This document shows positions 55,075 through 64,000 of a stretch of 64,000 bases of DNA, piece by piece (positions within the stretch are counted from its first letter, which is position 1; each line of letters starts with the position of its first letter). The translations under genes and the position numbers were made by a program. The notes beneath the pieces were generated by a model, which ran no database searches, was not told where the DNA came from, and saw only the letters and a program-made list of their open reading frames with translations. This DNA is from Botryllus schlosseri (Eukaryota). The DNA lies in contig CM119372.1 of NCBI GenBank assembly GCA_051294905.1, forward strand, positions 10,046,001 to 10,110,000, written 5' to 3'.

Positions 55075-55802
55075 GACTCAGAGTCATTGCAATGTGGCTT
55101 ATTGGTATGACATTGTTATCGGGTGTGATGACATTCGATCTATATCAAAACTACCGGCTATGATAATGTCTGTGGATCGATGTTTGTATACCAACACATT
55201 GCATGCAATGTCACACACCTCCATTTACGCGTATACTGATGTGGGCAAACAAGCGCGACGTATGTCTGGATGGTATTTTTTCGTGGAAACACAGGGTGTA
55301 ACATGTTTACTTTGAATATTGTTCATTGGTTTATCGATTCAGAGTTGATATCCGGATCCGGTTACATACTTTATCAGGGTTTCCGATTTCAAACTGAATG
55401 TCGAGACATACATGACCAATAAAGACACAATATAGTAAACACGCGGGGGAAAACTCGACCTGGAATTGTTATCGCGATGGGTGACATAAATCCAACCGTT
55501 TTCCGAACACCGTTATCCACATACCAACCATCGTCAAGGAGGTGTTTTATTCAGACATTTTGACTCTGGAAAATCCAAAGCACGAACCCGGACATCACAG
55601 AACTATCGAAGCCTATTGTCCAATTTTCCAAAACATGCATTTCTGTGTACAGGAGCGCATTGCATGTGGGTAACCGACGATTTTGATGGGATGCACCAAC
55701 ACAAGTGAATATTTGATTAGACAAATGTATCGGAGTCGTTGTTGGTGTATATTTTGTCGCTGTTCGCTGTAAGAAAATACAAAAATATCAAATTATCGGT
55801 GT

Positions 55803-56833
55803 GGTTGTCAGATTTCGAAATGAAAATGGTTTTGTTACTCTAGGAAAAGCTAGATGACCAAGAGAAAATGTATTGTTACACTGGGTAAACGCCAGATCCC
55901 CAAAGGAAAATGATATTTTTACTCAGGTAAACGACGGATCACCAAGTGAAAAAGGTTTGTAACCCAGGGAAAAATATATTTCCAAGCGAAAAAGGTTTGT
56001 TACCCAGGGAAAAAAATATATTTCCAAGTGAAAAAGGTTTGTTACCCAGGAAAAAATATATTTACAAGTGAAAAAGGTTTGTTGCTCAGGGAAAAAGGTT
56101 TGTTACCCGGGGAAAAAATATATTTCCAAGTGAAAAAGGTTTGTTACCCAGAGAAAAAATATATTTCCAAGTGAAAAAGGTTTGTAACCCAGGGAAAAAT
56201 ATATTTCCAAGCGAAAAAGGTTTGTTACCCAGGGAAAAAAATATATTTCCAAGTGAAAAAGGTTTGTTACTCAGGAAAAAATATATTTACAAGTGAAAAA
56301 GGTTTGTTGCTCAGGGAAAAAGGTTTGTTACCCGGGGAAAAAATATATTTCCAAGTGAAAAAGGTTTGTTACCCAGAGAAAAAATATATTTCCAAGTGAA
56401 AAAGGTTTGTTAACCAGAGAAAAAATATATTCCCAAGTGAAAAAGGTTTGTTACTCAGACAAAAAATATATTTCCAAGTGAAAAAGGTTTATTACCAAGA
56501 GAAAAAATATATTTCCAAGTGAAAAAGGTTTGTTACTCAGAGAAAAAATATATTTCCAAGTGAAAAAGGTTTATTACCAAGAGAAAAAATATATTTCCAA
56601 GTAAAAAAGGTTTGTTACCAAGAGAAAAAATATATTTCCAAATGAAAAGGGGTTTGTTATTCAGGCCAAAAATAGATTTCCAAGTGAAAAGGGGATTGTT
56701 ACACTGGGTAAACGATAAATCTCCAAAGGACAATGGTATTTTAGTTAGGTAACGGTGGACCTCCAAGTGAAAATGATAATTTTACACAGGTAAACGTCAG
56801 TTGTCCAAACCAGAATGATATTTTTACTTGGGT
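55803..56833. repeat. Mirror copy of the ~41-bp minisatellite
   Basis: Reverse complement of 52410-53440. Confidence 0.92.
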
Positions 56834-58308
56834 AGGTATCTTGTGTTCAACGCCGGTAGTGTGATTGGTCTTGTTAAACGTAGTTACCGAGTTGTACAAT
56901 TATGAAGGGGCGGAAAATGAAATTGCTATTATGATCGTCAGAAGATTGTTGTATGTAGATTTGACAGTAACCCTATCATTCGCATATGACAAACACAATC
57001 ATGGCCATTAACTAACTTGCTCGGTCTAGATCAATGCAAAAGAGATGATTCGTTTTTTGAAACCGTAGCGAAGACCACATGTAAATCGATGTGATAGACT
57101 TCTATCTCCTTACAGTCAAGCGTGTCGTGTCCATTTTAATACGGGGCCCACAGGTATGACATGCACACACTAACGCCGTGAACAGAAATCGATGATTTTG
57201 ATTAATAAAAATATTTCTTGACTACATCGGAATGTCTATGTTGTAGAAAGTAAATACTTTTATGGTGTTGTGTGTTTAATGAAAGCGATTGGTTACAAGT
57301 ATGTGTTGGAGAAAGAAAATTTATTTTTCTGTATGTGACGAAATGAAAATAGATTCGTGGTTTTAATTGGATTGCGCTGTTTAATGTACGTTTCAACAGG
57401 TAGACTTGACACTGAACAACAATTCGACCCGCAAAGCATATTCGTTGTATGATTTGTCACTGGTGTGTAAAGGGTTAGGAATATTTTGAATGATAATATC
57501 TACTAGCTGTTTTGTTGTGAGAGCGATCATGTGATGACTCAGCACTTTTCGTTAGCAAAGTAGTTTGATCTATGTGAAAGATGTAAGGACTGTGGCTAGA
57601 AACATATGTACTTTGTTGTTGGGGAACTGCTATGGTGTTGTCATAACCCTCTGGAAGTGAGTATGCTTTTCTTTCACGAAAGTTTACTTGGCTCCGTTGT
57701 AATAAATTTATGTTGACTAAACTCGAATGGATACTGCAATTGTGCTGGACTTACACATGGTATTTGCATACTGTACACATACAAACTTTTGTGTAAACAA
57801 CTCTGATGTTTCTGTTAGTACTAGTTCTGTGTTGAACTATTTGATTATTAAGATACATGAACACCCATTCAGACAATAAAGGTCTTGTGATATCGAAACA
57901 GTTTGTAGAGTCTAACCAACCATTCTTTAGTTTCGTAATGTGAGAATATCGAGTAAAGTTAATTACTTAGTGCGATGTTAATATCCTTCGTACTTTTGTA
58001 AGAGTTGTGGGATAACATACAAAGTAACTAATTGACACAAACAAAATGGTGATATTGTGAAGATGATGCCGCAACAACACAACAAGTATTATTTTGTATC
58101 GTGTGTTTGTGCTTTAGGAATAGCGAAGTGTGTGATATTTTGGATATCTGTGTTCGGCTGAAACTAGGGTTGTCCTTGGGTCTTGTGTTGGGTAAATCAG
58201 AACTATGTCTAGAATGCAAGCACGTCCAAGTAACGTCTTTTAGTGACAGAGTATTGTGATGACATTTACTTTAGCGAATGACAACGGAAAAATTTCCAAT
58301 TTCTCTGG

Positions 58309-58353
<45 letters not shown>

Positions 58354-60262
58354 ACAAATAATTCCAGTACACCTAACTATAGGATACATTTAGTAAACAT
58401 CGTGCAAATTGTTTCTTTGTGATGGTAACGACTTTCGGCGGCTTAGTTTCATGTCGGGAATTATTATTTGAGGGTTCAAAAACAATTTCAATAAATACTA
58501 GAAATGAACAACAATGCAAAACACGTTTAGCAAATAACAGTGTAGCAAGTACTTTTTTGATATTACGAGTGTTGGATACTAGACACTTCTAGTTGAATTG
58601 GATGCATCTAACAAACATATCACAATTTACTTTTACAATAATCAAAGTCTTAGAGTGTATAACCTCGCGATATTTTACATTTAGCACGCACAATGGGGAG
58701 TTACTGAAATGATAAAGAATTGATCGCTAGCTTCGAACGGTACTCGATACTCAAAGTGATATTTTCACACTCTGTAAAGTGTATATGTTTCAATTCTCTG
58801 TCGCAAATTCCGACAGTAACGACATTGATGTTAAATCCTCACCCGTGGTTATTGTAAGTGAATCCTAAACATCGCAACAGTCGGTATGGAAATCGAACGC
58901 GTGCGTACTTTTAGATAGGTGACACTAACAAGTTTAATACACCCGTGAAATACTCTGAAACGTCGATTCGTGATTGTGTTAGCTATATTCATCTTCCATA
59001 TCTGTGGACACAAAGATATCTTGACTTTGGTTACAACTCACTCGAAACGAATTGTCGCGGGTAATCTAGAAAAGCACAAGTCGAAGACGAATGATTTGAT
59101 TTCAATGAACTAAAAAATTCCTTTTGTTTTGATGTTGGATTTAATACAATTTGTATGACTATACCGAATCCGAAAGTGCAATGTTACTTTAGTAGAAAAA
59201 TTGGATGACTCGCATTTTGATATTGATAGATGTGTAGAGTAATATGACTAGTTTATAAAATCTCGGTAATGTTTTTTTTTTTCGTCATGTCTGTGATCAA
59301 CAAATATGTGATCAAGTCTTACCATTCGATATTAACTTTCGCAGTCGGTGTAATTTGTTGAAGTAACAATACCGACGAGTTCAATAATATTCCCCATCGA
59401 TGCATTCGAATAATCCGTCAGCTGCAAGCGGATTTAAAACTTGATGGTGTTTCGCGGTTAACTCAAGTCAGTGGTCGTGTTTGTGTTGATTTCAGGAATG
59501 ATCATGACGAGTTGCCTGGGCAGATTAGTTAATGTGGTTGTAACTACGACCGTACAGAGTTGCTGACACCCCAATATCTTTTACGCTGTAATATACGGAT
59601 TTATTTGTGTTAAAAATAATTCTCAGTTATTGTTCAGACATTCAAATCTCGTATACTCAAAATATAATATGTCCAAGTCAAATCGTATATGCGCCGATTA
59701 GTAAATACTTTGTCTTCAGAATAGTAACAACCTTTACAATTGAATAAAAAGATAGAGCATATGAATACAACCAGGATGAATTAATTCAAATTTGTGAGTT
59801 GTAATGATATAATCAAGTAAGTGAAACTAGAGTTTTAACAATTGTTAATGTTGTGAATAATTCTTTTGAGTTTGAAATGTGGCTGGATCAAAGTTGGTAG
59901 TCATGTTTGTCAAACCTATTTCAATTCACGCAATGTCAAAGTCCAAATATTTCATTCTGGATTATTTGGATTTACCTTTAGTACATCCCGCGAATGGATT
60001 TAAAGTTGGCAAATTACCAAAATGATTGAATATTATCGGGTTAGAGATAGTTGGTATTGATTCTATAAGTGTTAAAACAGCGGCGTGGAATGTGTGAATG
60101 ACCCGATGCGGGTGAATGTTGGCGTCAGTAATATTCAGGTTACGTTCGATTCAACAGATCGCGTTAATAGGATTTGAGTTGGGTCGAATCAATACATTCA
60201 AATACGATTCAACTCGATTTGTGTAGTGAGTTACATTTCAAGTTGACACTTTATCAAACGAT

Positions 60263-60874
60263 ATGACATCGAACAGCGTCAACACTATGCAAGTCGGAGC
60301 AACTTCAAATTTTCACGTCGGCGTCAAATTCGTCTCATCACCCAAAAGAGGTGGCGTTAGCCAATATCTCAAAGGTATATTCATCGACGGCAATAACGAA
60401 GAGATATCTTTCACGTGTTTCAATCGTGATTTGTTCGGGAACATTGAGAAAGCATTCGCCAAACGAAAAAAACTCATGGTCAAATCCGGTTGGGTTCAAA
60501 TTGATAAATTTACTGGAAAACCCGCTGTATTACTTGGTCGGGCTTCGTCAGTAACTCTGCATGGAAAATCGAGACATACGACCGAAGAATACCCATTATT
60601 GACCTGTGAATCGGTATACGGAAATAAAGATGAATACGTCTCGATCGCTGCTACTTGTGTTTCTCGAGAGGAGAAGACGGTCAATTCTGGTGCCGGAAAG
60701 GAGTTGAAATTATACAGTTTTACATTGAAGGATGATACTGGCGAGGTGGTTTTGGATCAATGGAACAAAGCCTCGCTCGTACCCGGGAAGAAATATCAAC
60801 TCACTCGTGTTAAAAACTGTGTCGGCAGCTTGAAAATCGATTCGTTAACTAGACTTGTTGAATTGAAAGAATAG
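60263..60874 (+). CDS. 203-aa tandem OB-fold, RPA/SSB-like ssDNA-binding protein (right-arm copy)
   Basis: Translation identical to 48369-48980; oriented toward the element terminus. Confidence 0.75.
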   Translation: MTSNSVNTMQVGATSNFHVGVKFVSSPKRGGVSQYLKGIFIDGNNEEISFTCFNRDLFGNIEKAFAKRKKLMVKSGWVQIDKFTGKPAVLLGRASSVTLHGKSRHTTEEYPLLTCESVYGNKDEYVSIAATCVSREEKTVNSGAGKELKLYSFTLKDDTGEVVLDQWNKASLVPGKKYQLTRVKNCVGSLKIDSLTRLVELKE

Positions 60875-61703
60875 TTTGCATATTTGTATACCACAATACA
60901 ATATTTCACGTAATATGTATGACCTATGTGATTCGACAACTGGGTTAGTGCGGTGTTGTTCTACTGATCGAGGTGTGAAAATTGCGCTATCGCGATGAAG
61001 TTGTGACTGTGAACAGCAGATTATTCTGTAGGCGCGAAACAGCGAATAAGCCGAAAGTATTATTCAGGTGGCAATCAATAGCGAGGAAAGCGGTCATTTG
61101 ACACGACTAAACTACGACATCATATATCATAATTTACGATCAAACTATTTCACACTGACCGGTCTAGTGTAATAATCGATAGTAGCGACTGCACGGAAAC
61201 AATTCAGCGCGCAGGTCATTCGAAATATAGGTCGCACTGCTTAATCCTCACAACAAGTCACGTTTCCGTCCGCGCGGTTATTGTTGGTGACTCGTACATA
61301 TTCAACACCACGCGAGAGATACCTGAAAGTGCGACATGCCACCACGAGTTTTCCATGCGATGTGCGAGAGATGCCTATATCTAAAAGTGCGACATGCGAC
61401 CCCGCCCATAAGAACCAATGGCGATGTGCGACCGAGAGGGGGGTCTAAAAGCGCGATATGCCACCCCGGGTTTTCCAGGCGATATGCCACCCCCGCCATA
61501 AGAACCCCATAGCCGCGTGCGACCGATCTATATAACTACTGGCGTAAGCTTATATTCCATTGCAAGTCCTCGTCGAAATTTTTGGCAAAGCGACGAATGA
61601 TAGCCTATTGATTTTATGGGATTAATATATCATTTGATTGCTCCAGTTAATACATTTGTCGACGTTTAGAAAGTCAGTATAGTATGTGCTTCAGCATTGT
61701 GGC

Positions 61704-62845
61704 TAGCGTTGGGACCCCGGGAAATCCCGATCCCGGGATCCCGGGATTTGAAGCAATCCCGATCCCGGGATTAATCGCAATGAAATCCCGGGATTTGTAA
61801 ACAGCATCTACCAAGGCTTACGCAGCGTCATGTCTCTTATTTTGGTAATAAAGCAGTGTTACAAACTCAGCTGATTGTCTAAAACAGTTCACAATTAAAT
61901 GATAATAAAACCAACTAAGGCATAAAATGAACTGCACAATCATTTCCGCCGTAGTCTACGGATCGCAGCAGTGGCTTATTCTGCATACGACGCCAAAGTT
62001 GACTAAAAAATGGTCAACTTAACGGCGGTAACCGGTTTTTGGAGCACCTACTCGGTAAAATTACTTTTTATTTATTCAATTCTTAGGCGATCAAAGTAGT
62101 TAGGTGAATGATTTTCCCGTTTATATGTCCTCTTCTTCGAATCTGTAAATATGGGGCGATAGGGGATGGGGGCGATAATGTGTGTCGAGGTTGATAAGGT
62201 GGCGATAAGACGAAAAGGTTGGGAACCACTGGTATAGCACAAAGGGACTGGTAGCGCATTTAAGGTCCGTACACATGATAGTAATTAAATCAACCCGCAT
62301 GACTCAATCGGGCAAGCCAAAAAAAATCATTCCGTTTATAAATCGCATAATCCTCGGTTCGATGAACTTCCGAGACAGTTAACTGCTGTGGACGGGCTAG
62401 CATTTAAACAAATTGCTCCAAAGTGAGCAAATTCGTCGGGCCTTCAAGGCTGACGCTATAACTTGCCAAGATGTCACAAACGGGTTCGGGACTTCGTGAT
62501 CGAGCACAAAAAAAATCCGCAAGTGTGTGGAAAAAGAGCTTATATGGCTATGTAACGGAATGATGGACGTTTTTCGATCACGTTGGACAAATCAACTCCT
62601 ACACGAAGCAGGCGGTACATGAATTTAAACGCTCATTATCCGGGTAGCTTTCGATCGCTGCGTTTCATTCGTATTCACGGGAGCATGTTTTTTCGTCAAT
62701 ATTACAAGGAATAAATGTTGTCTGTGTAGCTTGTATGTGCATTTCGCTACTTTACCAATCCCGGGAAATCCCGGGATTGAGGAGCGAAAATCCCGGGAAA
62801 TCCCGATCCCGGGATTTGAAATTTGATCCCGAAGTCCCAACCCTA
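61704..62845 (+). mobile_element. hAT deletion derivative with ATCCCGGG subterminal repeats and transposase remnant
   Basis: TIRs TAGCGTTGGGAC...GTCCCAACCCTA; perfect TSD ATTGTGGC; remnants LTAVDGLAFKQIA and RFSITLDKSTPTRSRRYMNLNAHY (first catalytic Asp region) at ~62375-62640. Confidence 0.85.
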
Positions 62846-63274
62846 ATTGTGGCATTATGTGGCCCGAGTCGTCACTAGGTATCATATATAACACTACAAT
62901 GAAATGTAGGGTTGGAATTAGCAATATGACGTCACGTGACGTCATGAGGTTCACGTTCGCGTTCACATAGAACCTTTCAAAAAGGTTCGCGTTCACACGA
63001 GCCAGAACCTTTCAGGGGTTCACACCATCCCTACTTATCGCCTATTTGGTTATTTGTGCCCAGAACATGAATGTTGTAACGTTCGTTGGTCTTTCTCACT
63101 CAGGTACGCTTCGTGGACGACTTTCCAACCTCGCATGCATTCACCATTCTTCACTTTCTCTTCCGTGCGTCCACTTCAGTGTCTGTTGCTGTCGATTTTC
63201 ATAGCTCGACTTTACTTTCTCCGTGATATAGTGTGGTCGGTGATGAGGAGCCCAGATAAACCCCCGACACATTG

Positions 63275-63345
63275 AAGATGGTTCGAACCGGGATTCAAAC
63301 CCCCTGCATTGGTGTCGTGACTGCAGTGTTTAACCAACTGACTTG
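63275..63345 (-). mobile_element. Possible degenerate tRNA-derived SINE head
   Basis: Minus strand has A-box-like AGTTGGTTA and B-box-like GGTTTGAATCCC at tRNA-like spacing; no clean cloverleaf. Confidence 0.35.
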
Positions 63346-64000
63346 TCATATAATGAATCCGTTTCTGTAATTTGGAACCCTACATTCGACCGACCATCCT
63401 AATGAGGCACAATTTATCAAATTATGACCTGCTAAAAGGTAGCAGCCGAATGAATAAAATGTTTGACAGAACTGTAATTATTATGTCGATGTCGTCTTCG
63501 CAAAAGAACGAGCTGCTCACAGATTTAAACTACCATCCCGTTTCAAGCTTTGGCACAACCAACTTTCATCTCTAATATTGGCAAATTAGTTGTTGTGGAA
63601 ATCATCATCTTATATCAACATTTGATTTGTATTAAATACTTCACTCAATCAGGTTTATCTATGTTTTCATCGTTTCAAAACATCACAAGACTGCGATACA
63701 ATGAAAAGATAGGAAGGTGTCGAAACAACTTGGAGTAGCCTTTAAGATCAGAACCTACCTTGGCCTAGGCGAATTAAATAAGAGGCATGCACAATTGCAC
63801 ATTGCACACTGAATGAAAAGTAATGCAGAGAACATAAGACGCAAGCGACAAAATAAGGTGGCATCTGGCGGAGGGCGAGGCCGATGTTAGTTCGTGGTCC
63901 GGTAATCCTGAAGACTGGCTAGTATTGATTTATAAGAAATTGCTTGTATTTCGACTTGAATGCGGACCAGACATGGGGTGATTACTTCCTGAATGTAATC

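Larger units (their letters stand above)
47703..61540. mobile_element. 13,838-bp palindromic Polinton/Maverick-like non-autonomous element
   Basis: Termini AGTAGTTATATAGATCGG...CCGATCTATATAACTACT; 6-bp TSD GGCGTA at 47697-47702 and 61541-61546; mirrored coordinates always sum to 109243. Structure is directly visible; the Polinton assignment is inferred from the ends. Confidence 0.85.
55075..61540. repeat. Right arm of the giant inverted repeat (6,466 bp)
   Basis: Reverse complement of 47703-54168. Confidence 0.97.
47185..63033 (+). mobile_element. 5'-truncated TAGGGATGGTGTGAA-family MITE acting as host, split by the giant palindrome (47703-61540) and a hAT (61704-62845)
   Basis: Segments ~47185-47702, 61547-61703 and 62854-63033 are collinear with the reverse complement of 34494-35440 and end in TTCACACCATCCCTA. 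Confidence 0.85.

Noticed and set aside
47703..61540. Palindrome as an assembly or chimeric-read artefact
   Set aside because: Unique spacer, exact TSD, collinear host MITE on both sides and at least one arm mismatch argue against it; read-level confirmation is still needed.
47703..61540. Helitron (because of the RPA-like gene) or LTR element
   Set aside because: Helitrons lack TSDs and long TIRs; LTRs are direct repeats with TG...CA ends.
63275..63345. Functional tRNA gene
   Set aside because: Imperfect B box and no convincing cloverleaf; at most a SINE-like relic.

Overview
AT-rich eukaryotic DNA with spliceosomal introns and many MITEs; an animal, plausibly a marine invertebrate such as an ascidian (inference only). 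It contains three paralogous multi-exon class A GPCR genes with identical intron positions: one partial on +, two reconstructed in full on -. Around them are many hAT-type DNA transposons and MITEs (several with exact 8-bp TSDs), a fragmented Ty1/copia relic, and a FAM21/WASHC2-like fragment inside an intron. The standout is a 13,838-bp element at 47703-61540 that is almost entirely a palindrome: two 6,466-bp inverted arms around a 906-bp spacer. It has AGTAGT...ACTACT termini and an exact 6-bp TSD (GGCGTA), confirmed by an empty-site paralog within this window. These ends are Polinton/Maverick-like, yet I found no polymerase, integrase or capsid gene. The only convincing ORF is a 203-aa tandem OB-fold (RPA/SSB-like) protein, present once per arm. 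My best hypothesis is a non-autonomous copy-back (defective) Polinton-like genome that has kept an ssDNA-binding gene. All coordinates and translations were worked out by eye; no database searches were run.
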